Assembly (NCBI GenBank): GCA_002104905.1 | Contig: MCFE01000654.1 | Location: forward strand, 1-49,546 | Direction: 5' to 3' | Source: Basidiobolus meristosporus CBS 931.73 | Taxonomy: Eukaryota > Fungi > Basidiobolomycota | DNA: 49,546 bases | Part shown: piece after piece, positions 37,704-48,434 of the stretch | Layout: each line of letters opens with the position of its first letter | Numbering within the stretch: position 1 is the first letter of the stretch | Position numbers and translations under genes: made by a program | Notes under the pieces: model-generated | Databases searched by the model: none | The model's input: only the letters and a program-made list of their open reading frames with translations | Told to the model about the DNA's origin: nothing

Positions 37704-37781
37704 CATCTCAGGGAACCTTTCCTCGTCACTGTATATCGGACGGCACTTCCTAATATGTTTTGGTTGATTTCATCATGTTAT
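37704..37781 (-). ncRNA. Box C/D snoRNA candidate, target unassigned (copy B)
   Basis: C box 37776-37770, D box 37711-37708. Identical core to copy A. Confidence 0.75.
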
Positions 37782-38065
37782 GCCTGTCTCCTTGAGCCAC
37801 TCCCACAAACTAAACAACCTCTGGCTACTGTGATACGCGCACACTCGCTATCAGTGTTTCTTGCTTACCAGAGTTGCTCGCCGGGCTGTGTTCTCAGGAT
37901 ACATGGGTCACTCCTGGCAGTGCGGTGTGTTCATGTGCATGCTATACACTGCTTTACTGTAGAAATACATTAGTATTTGTCTCTCTCATTCCGACTACTC
38001 AGTCTCGGCACAGCTCATCATTTGCTGTGCCCTGACTGATCAACTAGGGTAGCGTTGTTGCACGT

Positions 38066-38155
38066 AGTTCAGACATCCAAGGAAGAAATTGCCAGCATCG
38101 GACTCTCGTCCTTCGGTGGAAACTGCGAATTGGTGTCGGTTTTTCATCATTTACG
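38066..38155 (-). ncRNA. U14: U14 box C/D snoRNA, paralog a, copy B
   Basis: As 34118-34207. Confidence 0.95.
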
Positions 38156-38390
38156 TGTTCACCCCTCCCCCTTTGGGTCAACAACACTACTCTCGCTGAT
38201 TTGTAACTGTGAACTATGCCTACCTATTCCGTTGCCTCTTGGACCTCATTTATCACCAGGATGTTGCTTTCATTATATACACTGTGGTACTTGTGTGCTG
38301 TAGAAACCATGAGTTAGCTCGTTATTCTCTTCATTCACTACGCGAGTAGAGACCAGGCTCCGGTTTCTCGCTAGTAGGGGACTACTTCAA

Positions 38391-38480
38391 TGTTCAGACA
38401 TCCAAGGAAGAAATTGCCAGCATTGGACTCTCGTCCTTCGGTGGAAACTGCGAATTGGTAAATTGCTTTCATCATCTGAA
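38391..38480 (-). ncRNA. U14: U14 box C/D snoRNA, paralog b, copy B
   Basis: As 34444-34533. Confidence 0.95.
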
Positions 38481-38738
38481 GATGTCCCCCTACTAGCTTG
38501 CTCCCGGTGCAAGCCGATGGCTCTCGTTGCTTACCTGGTGCCTGTTGATAGTCCTGCTATCCACCTTGCTCAGCTATCGTGCTGATCCGCGTATTTACAT
38601 ACAGTACACTGTTGGTCCTATTCATCATTCTAAACATCATGGTTAGCTAAAGGCTCACACGATCCACCCATCACATACTCCGGATGTCAAGAAGTCATTC
38701 CTCAATTGGTAGCATGTCAGCATGAGCTCGAAACTCTT

Positions 38739-38852
38739 ACGGTCAGTCAATCATACTGGCAAGTATAAAACACCCTCAGCGAAGGGCATTCCGGTTGTAT
38801 CTTCATGGTCGATAAGACGGGTTGAAGACATATTTGGTTATCGTCATTCCGT
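38739..38852 (-). ncRNA. snR190: snR190-like box C/D snoRNA, paralog a, copy B
   Basis: As 34792-34905. Confidence 0.72.
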
Positions 38853-39110
38853 TCTTTCCTTGGCCCTCTCGTGCCTCTCCCCCGCTCTCACTGCCACTGC
38901 TACCAATTGACTCCTGCCTCCTGTTCGCATCACCCAGTAAACTCGAAACATTTGCTCACCTTAGTATCTGTTAGGTCTGCGGCCTTGGTAACTTGTGATG
39001 AGTCCTGCTCGCGGCCGTTTCTACCTCGAGACCTGTAAATGGATTCCAGATTAGTACTCTGCCTCAAACTGACTGATACCAGCTGTCTTGCAGCTTGGCT
39101 AACAATGTAT

Positions 39111-39224
39111 GCGGTCAGTGAAGTATACTGGCAAGTATGAAACACCCTCAGCGAAGGGCATTTGGGTTGTATCTTCATGGTCGATAAGACGGGTTGAAGA
39201 CAATTTTGGTGTTCATCATTCCGC
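39111..39224 (-). ncRNA. snR190: snR190-like box C/D snoRNA, paralog b, copy B
   Basis: As 35165-35278. Confidence 0.72.
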
Positions 39225-39468
39225 TTACATTGCTGCCATCAACTCGACAAACAGCCTTCCCTCCACAGTCACTCTCGAGGCGAGCGTCCGGGAGATGGGC
39301 CTGCGGGTTGGACTGAACTGGACTAGACTGAACTGAACTTAAAACTCACCTTATCACTACAAGCACCGAGTTGTCATTGTGTGCTGCGACTAGAAGAAGT
39401 GGTTTGTTGAGAAGTCATCGAGGTTGCTTTTATCCCATCGCTCAAGCAGGAACCGAAATCAGTGGAAG

Positions 39469-39485
39469 AATTTTTTTTTCATCGC
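39469..39485 (-). promoter_or_regulatory. Composite PAC/RRPE-like element, copy B
   Basis: GCGATGAAAAAAAAATT upstream of a TATA-like box at ~39433-39426 and the first host intron (GTGAGT..CCCGCAG, 39349-39301). Confidence 0.4.
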
Positions 39486-39958
39486 ACGAGCATTACAGGG
39501 ATCCCTGAAAACGCGATACCCGTCAATACCCATTATTGGACGTCCTAATGTTTGGTCGTGGCGAGAAATTTTTTCTCGAACCAAGTGGAATTTTTCCCAC
39601 CGACATCCCACGCAGGGAAATCATCGAATGCGCTTGGTTAAACCCGGTCGAAAATTAGGTTTAGCACTTAGGGATCATGGCCAATAACAATTCGAAAGAA
39701 CCTTTATATTTTACAAAATCTCGTATAATCGTGATACACTAGCAACAAACAAATCCAGACTCAAAATTCCACGCAAAACTTCCGTATAAAGTACGGTCAC
39801 AACTGGACAAAGCCAAAACTGAAAATTACAGAAATGAGTACACACGATTACTCCGCGCCCTGGACTGGTAAGGTAGGCGAGATGGGGGGGGGTAAGGACG
39901 TGGGCGAGGACGAGGGCGTGGGCGAAGAGTAACCAAGGAGTATGGAGTCTATCTCAAT

Positions 39959-41327
39959 TTACATGTTAAATATTGTCTGACCCTCACTCGCGTAGTCTGA
40001 ATTACGGTAGTTGTTGTTCGGATTCGAGCCATAGATCGGACTGTTGAGATCATCGTCGGTGACGATGCCCAAAGGCGAGTGAGGGGACGGCGGAAGGGAT
40101 GGGTTCATGGCTTGGTTGTAGGAATGGAAGTTTTCGGGAGACATCTGGAGTGGACAGCATGGGGTTGGAGTTCGGTTGGTTTAGGTAGTTGGTCTCCATC
40201 TGGATCTGTAAACCATTCCGCGCGAAGCTGTTCTGCTGATATGTCTGGCCGTTGGGGATGGTGGGGGATGGCTGGAGATTGTTCTGACCCGGAATCCGGC
40301 CGTTAGACGACACGTTCAGCTGCATGTTATGGACCATATTGTTGGAGCCCTCGGGGCTGGTGATAAAGATGGGCGGCCTGTCGCCTTCGTTCTTTGCTTC
40401 CGAACTAGCCTGGCTCAAATCGGTAGGAAAGGCTACCGGGAAGCAAGCATTAGACCGCTGTTATTGAAATCAATGAATGGCGCGTCAGGAAGAACTCACT
40501 AGGGATAGACGGATTCTGCTGGTGTATATGGTCCATCATGTTTTTGATCAATTGCTGTTGGATGGACTGGCGTTTCCTTGTCTCGGTCAGCTCCCGAACC
40601 ACCTCGGAGAGGTTGGCTTGGAGATGGGCGATTCTTTGCATCATGTCAGACTGGGTCACCTGCATCATGGTGATATGGGCATGTAAATCCCCGGTCTCCC
40701 TACGCAGCGTTTCCGACTCCATCGCTTTCCGCTTAATATCATCCAGGAGATCGGGACGACCGCGCAGGAACTTTGGATGAGAGAACTCCCAGATTTGGTT
40801 TTCGGCAAGGGTACGATGTCCTCTTGGGGATTTGTTCACCTTGTGAAAACCGTACCTGTAGGTGTGGGGGGTGGAAGAAACGGCTAGTTTAGTCACTGGG
40901 CAGCAGCAAGCTATCTGGGCTAGAAAACCCTCGGGGACTTACATGTTGAGCTGCCTCACAAAGCTGGAGAAGTTGTTGTGTTTGAAATGCTTCGGGAGTA
41001 CTTCCCTCGAAAACTCCATGATGTTGCACACGATGAAGGAGGTCCCGGAGTAATTCCAGGAAATCAGATGTTGGTACTGCTTGTCGATCACCATGCTAAG
41101 GGAACGTCCCAGGTTAGTGGGTGCTGGACAGGCCCAGAAAGAGTACATAATTACCCGTGCAGTTTGTGGACGAAATTGTTGTTCATGATTTTGACGTTCG
41201 GAGAGGGGGAGGATTTGTTGGAGGGGCTTTCGCTGATGGTGGGCGACATAGGAGCCTGTGGCGTGCCCACGTGAACGTCGGTTGGTTGAGGAATTTGTAG
41301 GCTCTGTACAGTAGCGGTCTGGTTCAT
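39959..41327 (-). CDS. HSF-type DNA-binding transcription factor (no receiver domain seen)
   Basis: NNFVHKLHGMVID..LISWNYSGTSFIV..FSREVLPKHFKHNNFSSFVRQLNM/YGFHKVNKSPRG..WEFSHPKFLRGRPDLLDDIKRK, then a coiled coil. Apparent frame break at ~40145-40180. Confidence 0.9.
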
Positions 41328-41579
41328 TGTAGCTGGGGTGGGGTGGTATTCAAGCGAAAGGAGGACAACTATGGGTAGAACATATACACACCGTACCAGG
41401 TATCCGATTGATATCAGCAAGGAAGGGTCGAAGGGGAATGGTGTCTACGAACAAACAAACAATATCAAGGTTTGCCGGTGGGAAAAGTTGCGCTCCAGAA
41501 TCCCTGAATGGAAGGGAGGAAAATATATATCGCACACCAGTCATTCACCAACAAGTTTATGCCAGTAGCTTAGTTCTCG

Positions 41580-42545
41580 ACGTCCGACATGATTGGCCTT
41601 AGCCATCGACCAAGCCTGCCCACCCTTCATGGATGGTCATTGTTGATTCCTCTTTTCCGGGAATCCATGGCAGATGGACCCAATGACGAGGTCCCCCTAC
41701 CGACCAAAAAAATATCGCCTTCTCGCTATGGCTCCGTGGGATAGGTCGAATTTGATCCCTCGATACTGCTCCAAATATGGCCTCGGGTGCTATGGATAGA
41801 CCAGATTGGTACAGATCTTCTCTTCCGTCGAATCTTCCAACGTGGCTTGGAACCTTCCATGCTTCTTTCATGACGTAACCGATCTCCCGGTGATTCAGGT
41901 CCTTGTTGTGTTGCTCTCTGGTTGCAGTGGGAGTAGAGATCGAATCTTTCCGATGTGGTTGACAATGAATCTGTCCGATGTAGTTGACAATCGTTCTGGT
42001 TTTATCTTAGGATTGGCGCCACATGAGATGGGCATGATGTATGGCCACCAGGGATACCCTCCATTTAACCGGTTTTCCCTGACTGTTCAACTTCGTGGTC
42101 ACCTGACTGGTCAAACGCCTACTTAGCGTGCTTGCAGTCGATCATCGAATGGAAATCCTCAGTTGGTCGATCCAAAGCTTATATATACATCAACTTGAAA
42201 TCGCTGATTCAATTGATGTTGCGTTGAGGAAAGTTCTTTTCCATATGTCGCGCGAAGGTTATCCAATCCCTGGCATGTATGGTTGGTGCCTATTTCCAGC
42301 CACTTCCTCACCAGAACCAATTCGGATAACGTTGTTCGGTTTCCGGGGACAATTCATATATAAAATCAATCGCATACTCTGGTGTTGGCATTGTGTCCAT
42401 GGCCATATAATAGCTCGCATAGATGACCTCTGCAACTGGTCTGGGTTTGGACTTGAGAAATGCTCTAGTGAAGTGTTGGTTGCTGTTGGCCAGCGTGGCA
42501 CCTTGAATCAATCGTGCAAGTTTCTCAGCTATTGACCAAAAGCCC
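41580..42545 (-). mobile_element. Probable degenerate Ty3/gypsy integrase relic
   Basis: Stop- and frameshift-ridden minus-strand fragments: LKSKPRP, YAIDFIYEL.PETEQRY, FPQR..ISD, GDLV and GWAG resemble the gypsy integrase pattern CQxxKP / SMDFIxxLP / G.P..IISD / VGDLV / KW.GP. Confidence 0.4.
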
Positions 42546-42984
42546 AAATGCTCTCTTGAGATTCTATTTATAGGATACTTACAGGATATTTGCTAATTCT
42601 TGAATTAGGAAAATCCTGGAATTTTCCTACATGACCTCCAATGCTTTCTTGATGATTTGATGATGCTTTGTAGATATTTCAAAAAGGTCCAACTTGAGTT
42701 CATGCTTTCTTGTAGTTCCATATCACTTCCAGACTCTCAAATTGACTTGTAATAAGTTGTGAGTTCTTGCAGCCTGCAATGTTTATAGCATTATAATCTC
42801 TCATCTTGTATTTACCTCTAAGGCAAAGGAATGGTATTACTGCTGCGGGAACCCTGATTTGATGTTGAGCTCAAAATTAAGCCAGAACTGGGTTAAAACA
42901 TTAGTCCAAGCCAAGGTTCTTTAAACTCTCACCTTGTATTGCATGATAACTGCTAATTTGCTGCATTGGTATCTGAGCTTTCTT

Positions 42985-43197
42985 TGTTGTAAGAGTCTTG
43001 GAGATATTAGAAGTGATTGGGAGAATAAGTTAATTATGTGGTTTTCACTTGATGATTTATTGAATGTACAAGTAGTATAGATACTTTTACATAGTCTCGG
43101 CAAATAAAGCAAGTTGAATTTGCTCAGGAAGGCCCTAAGAACCTGTGTGCAAAGTTTGGGGCTACTTGGACAACTTTGAGAATTTTCATATTCTGGG
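42985..43197 (-). mobile_element. Older truncated LTR of the copia family (3' part, inverted)
   Basis: Starts TGTTGTAAGAGTC, the reverse complement of the LTR end. Visibly more diverged than the intact LTRs. Confidence 0.9.
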
Positions 43198-43473
43198 TGT
43201 GGTAAAAATTTGTAATTCCACCTGAATATTCACCTAACTTAGTAACTTAGATCATTACCTTCAAATCCTAGAGAATACTGACCAAATTCCTTGTTGGGAT
43301 TTACTTAGAATATTTACCCAGAACATGAAAAATCTCAAAGTTGTCCAAACAGCCCCTAACTTTGCACACATGTTCTTGGGACCTTTTTTAATCTATTCTA
43401 CATGTTTGTAATGCCAAGACCCGGTAAAAGTATAAATACTACTTTTACATTCAATAATTCATCAAGTGAAAAC
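43198..43473 (+). mobile_element. Older truncated LTR of the copia family (5' part), interrupted by the full element
   Basis: Starts TGTGGTAAAAATTTG and follows the LTR sequence to ..GTGAAAAC, where the intact 5' LTR begins. Confidence 0.9.
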
Positions 43474-46400
43474 TGTTGTAAAAATTCGTATTTTCCACCT
43501 AAATATTCACCTAACTTAGTCACTTAGATCACCACCTTCAAATCCTAGAGAATACTGACCAAATTCCTTGTCGGGATTTACTTAGAATATTTTCACCAAA
43601 ATACCAGGTACCCAGAACATGAAAATTCTCAAAGTTGTCCAAACAGCCCCAAACTTTGCACACATGTTCTTGGGACCTTCCTTAACCTATTCTACGTGTT
43701 TGTAATGCCAAGACCATGTAAAAGTATAAATACTACTTTTACATTCAATAAATCATTAAGTGAAAACTACATAATCTACTTGTTCTCCAAATCACTTCCA
43801 ATATCTCCAAGACTCTTACAACAGGTTATGAGCCCCGAGCTGTCACTCTCTGCAATGTCTACTGCTGCTATTACTGGAATTTTTCCCTCTGCTGAAAAGT
43901 TGGATGGATCTAACTACCAAGTGTGGAAGGTGAAGATGAAGATGCTGCTACAAGAAAGAGGCCTTTGGGATATTGTCATGGGAGAAGAATGCCCCCCTAA
44001 AAACGTGGGAGAGGAAGCCTTAAAGTACCAGAAGAAAGAACAAAGTGCCTTTAACTGCATTTGCCTTAATGTCAAGGACAAATTGCTAATTCAATGCTCA
44101 AGAGCAAAAACGGCAAAGAATGCATGGAAGGCATTAGAAGACACCTACCAGTCATGTTCAGCTGCCAAGAAAATGTATCTGAGAAGAAAATTCTTTACTA
44201 CAAAGATGCTGCCAGGAGAAGAAATGAAAAATCTAATTAACAGAATTACCCTGCTGGTAGATGAGATGGAATCTGTGGGCGTACCAACTACTGATGAGGA
44301 TGTGATAGTTACCATCCTGAATAGCCTGACAGACAAGTTTCAGGGCCTTGTATCAGCCCTAGAGTCCAGAACTGAAGATTTGACATTAAATTACGTATAT
44401 GGAAGGCTCCTGGATGAAGAATTAAGAAAATCAAGCGCCAATAAGAAGGAAGAAGAAAATGCTTTAATAAGCAATGATAACCAACAAAGGAGGTACCCAA
44501 GACCCTACAAAGGCAACAACAACCTATTTTGCAACTACTGCAAAAGGAAAGGACACACATCAGACCGATGTTTCAAAAAGAGAGATTATCAGCAAAAGAA
44601 GCCTGAATATGGAAATGCTGCAACAACTGAAGATAGACTATTCATATCTGCACTAAATATGACCACAAACAAGGATTCTCAGACGTGGTATATTGACTCT
44701 GGAGCTTCCCAACACTTTACACACCAAAAAGAACTTTTTACCCAATATCAAGAAATTCCAATTAAGAAGGTTTTCATGGGTGACAATAGAACACTTGATG
44801 CAGTGGGAGAAGGAACTATCCAAGTAAACCTTAGAAGCAGTGAAGGAAGCCATACACTGACCTTTAAAGAAGTACTCTATGTACCAGAAATAGCCAAGAA
44901 CCTACTCTCTGTAAGCAAGGCCACAGCAGAAGGACTCAGTTTCAGTTTTGACAATTCTGGATGCAGGATCACTGATCAAAATGGTGCTCATATTGCTTTG
45001 GGCATCAGAGATCAGAATCTATACAAGTTGACTTATATTCCATCATATTTGGAAGCCAATATAAGTAACTTAAATGAAGAAACACCAATGCTTTGGCACA
45101 GGAGATTTGGACACATCAATTTTGATTATTTGCGCAAAATGATCAAAGATCAGCTAATTTCTGGAGTGAAAATTGATCCCCCAGCTAATTTGGAGCACTG
45201 TGAAGCCTGCATATATGGGAAACAAGCCAGACAACCGTTCAAGAGCTCTGGGTTAATCAAAACTAAGAAAAAATTAGATCTAATTCACTCAGATCTGTGT
45301 GGACCTATGCAAAATTTATCCTTAGGCGGGATGAAGTATTTAATCACTTTTATTGATGATTATACAAGATACACATGGGTCTACTTCATGGAGAGAAAGG
45401 AAGAAGCTCTGTCTAAGCTCAGGGAGTTTAAAGCCATGGTGGAGAGAGAAATTGGTGAAAAAATCAAGAAAATACGCTCTGACAATGGTGGAGAATATAC
45501 CTCAAAACTCTTCATCCACTTCTGCAAAATTCATGGGATAAAGCAAGAGACTACTGTACCATACTCCCCACAGCAAAATGGAGTAGCAGAACGAGCTAAC
45601 AGATCAATAATTGATATGGCAAGATCTATGATCCATGATCAAAAATTATCCTATGATTTTTGGGCGGAATCAGTTGCCACTGCTGTATATCTTAAAAATA
45701 GGAGTTATAACAGAATACTTCGTGATTCTACTCCATTTGAAGCATGGTATGGATACAGACCAAGTGCAGAACATCTAAGAATATTTGGGTGTACAGCATA
45801 TGCCAAAAAACTGGCCGGAAATCAGTCAAAATTTGAGCCAAAAAGTGTAAAATGCATATTTTTGGGCTACTGCAATGAGAGTAAGGCATACAGACTCTAC
45901 AATACCAAAGCAAAGAAGCTGATCAAGTCCAGGGATGTGTTGTTTGATGAAAATTCAAAATTTTCACAAAAAATGGCATCAGATGATGACAAAAATTTGA
46001 TCTCAAGTCCACCAATTGTCAGGATTGAATCAGAGCAAAACAATGAAAATTTTTTCACTCCAGAGGACTCTACAACCGTGGTTCAGCCAGAATCAGTGCC
46101 CAGGAATATCCCAGAAGTGATCATTCCAGTATCAAATGCCCGGAGACCAATCGGACAAGAAATAGCCCAAATTACTATATCAATGAGGGTACAAACTTAG
46201 CCTATGCCTATTCAGTCCATGTTGATGAACCCCAGACTGTAAAAGAGGCCCTAAATAGCCCTCAGACAAAGTTTTGGAGATCTGCAATGACTGAGGAATA
46301 TCAGGCCACTGATGGAAAATCAAACTTGGGACTTAGTCAAATTACCAATCAACCGAAAAATCAATTGGATGCAGATGGGTCTTCAAGACAAAATACAAGG

Positions 46401-48161
46401 CTGATGGTACAATTGAAAGATACAAAGCAAGACTTGTAGCCAAAGGATACTCTCAAACAAAAGGACTTGACTATACTGAGACCTTTGCACCGGTAGCCAA
46501 GTTTAATTCCATCAGATTAATATTGGCTATTGCAGCCAAATATAAGTTTTTTATTCATCAAATGGATGTAAAAACTGCATTTTTGAATGGAGAACTTGAT
46601 GAGGACGTGTATATGGACCAGCCTGATGGGTTTGTTGACCAAGATAACCCCCATTTGGTCTGCAAGCTTAAAAAGTCACTATATGGTCTCAAACAATCAC
46701 CAAGAGCCTGGAATTGCAAGATAGATTCTTATTTGGAATCTTTGAGTTTCAAAAGGAGTAATGCTGACTATAGTATATACTATAAGCCAGATAGAGCAAA
46801 TCCAGTTCTATTAGCTCTATATGTGGATGATCTTATTATAGCCACCAATAACCTAGAAACATTGGAAGAGACTAAATCCAGCCTATCTAAGGAGTTCAAG
46901 ATGTCCGATCTAGGAGAACTTAGTTACTACTTAGGGATTAAGTTCTCCATAGACAGAAGTACCCAGACTATTACCCTAAGCCAATCCAAGTATATTCAAG
47001 ATATACTAAAGAAGTACAAAATGGAAGACTGTAAACCGGCAGCTACCCCAATGGAGACAAACCTTAACTTGGTCAAAACTCAACCAAATCAAGAGAGCTT
47101 GGTGCCATCTGAAAGCCCTGACTTTCCTTATCAATCTATGGTCGGCAGTCTGATGTATATCATGCTTGGAACACGTCCAGATATCTCATATTCAGTGGGA
47201 GTTGTCAGCCAACATAATCAGAACTATGGATCTGATCATATTGCAGCAGTTAAGCGGATTTTTAGATACCTAAAAGGAACTGCTGATATCTGCTTAAGAT
47301 ACACTTATAAGGATTCAGAACAGGATCTTGTGGGATACTCTGATGCTGATTGGGGACAAAATTTAGAAGACAGAAGATCCACCACAGGATACACCTTTCT
47401 TTACTGTAAAGGAGCAATTTCATGGAATTCAAGAAAGCAACCAACCGTAGCACTTTCCACCACAGAGGCAGAGTATATGGCAGCCTGTGAAGCTACAAAA
47501 GAAGCAATGTGGTTAAGAAAGCTCTTTACAGATTTAGGCCTATGTCAAAAAACGCCTATTACTTTATTTCAAGATAATCAAGGATGTATACAATTAGGTA
47601 GAAATCCAACTTTTCATGCTAGAACCAAGCACATAGATATTAGACATCATTTCATACGTGAAGCTATAGAGAATAACTTAGTTAGCTTAGTTTACTGTCC
47701 TACAGATGAAATGATTGCAGACATATTTACCAAACCATTAGCTAGAGACAAGTTTGAATATCTTAGGTCAAAATTAGGACTAGTCAGTATGAACATTTAG
47801 CTGAGTGGGAGTGTTGTAAAAATTTGTATTTCCACCTAAATATTCACCTAACTTAGTCACTTAGATCATCACCTTCAAATCCTAGAGAATACTGACCAAA
47901 TTCCTTGTTGGGATTTACTTAGAATATTTTCACCAAAATACCAGGTACCCAGAACATGAAAATTCTCAAAGTTGTCCAAACAGCCCCAAACTTTGCACAC
48001 ATGTTCTTGGGACCTTCCTTAACCTATTCTACGTGTTTGTAATGCCAAGACCAGGTAAAAGTATAAATACTACTTTTACATTCAATAAATCATTAAGTGA
48101 AAACCACATAATCTACTTGTTCTCCCAAATCACTTCCAATATCTCCAAGACTCTTACAACA
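43474..48161 (+). mobile_element. Full-length Ty1/copia LTR retrotransposon (~4.7 kb)
   Basis: 350-bp LTRs at 43474-43823 and 47812-48161 with TGTTGTAA..TTACAACA termini and ~7 differences. PBS GGTTATGAGCCC at 43824; purine tract GAGTGGGAG before the 3' LTR; domain order gag-PR-IN-RT-RH. Confidence 0.98.
43828..47800 (+). pseudogene. Copia gag-pol polyprotein, interrupted by ~3 single-base indels at ~46150-46375
   Basis: CNYCKRKGHTSDRC knuckle, WYIDSGAS protease, LWHRRFGH..CEAC, IHSDLCGP / RSDNGGEY / QNGVAERANR integrase, MDVKTAFLNG and LYVDD RT, YSDADW RNase H. Confidence 0.9.
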
Positions 48162-48434
48162 AACATTATGATTGCTCACATCATGTACTGTCACATGAAT
48201 CTGCAAATGTCTATCTTACATGTTAGCACTGTTCATCTGAATGTATTACATTCCTCTCTGACATTGAAAAGTTGCATGTGATCTGTACTACCATGTACAG
48301 ATATGCCAAAGTATCTTCATTGTACAGCATCTGCAACATTCACTCAGACTTAGTTATTGATCATCACTTTTGCAGAGCAAATTCAGTAATAGCAGTAGTA
48401 GACATTGCTACAGAGTGACAGCATGCTCATAGTC
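48162..48434 (-). mobile_element. Degenerate PBS/gag 5' fragment of the same copia family
   Basis: The reverse complement gactatgagcatgctgtcactctgtagcaatgtctactactgctattactg aligns with ggttatgagccccgagctgtcactctctgcaatgtctactgctgctattactg at 43824 onward. Confidence 0.85.

Larger units (their letters stand above)
37191..39509. repeat. Direct segmental duplication, copy B (snoRNA array upstream of the intact dysbindin-like gene)
   Basis: Near-identical to 33250-35567. Confidence 0.97.

Noticed and set aside
43696-43827. N-terminal extension of the copia ORF given by the ORF track
   Set aside because: Lies inside the LTR and starts at a non-ATG codon; the real start is probably the ATG at 43828.
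46140-46530. Programmed ribosomal frameshift in the copia pol
   Set aside because: Copia elements with this layout use one ORF. Three separate indels between IN and RT do not fit a programmed site.
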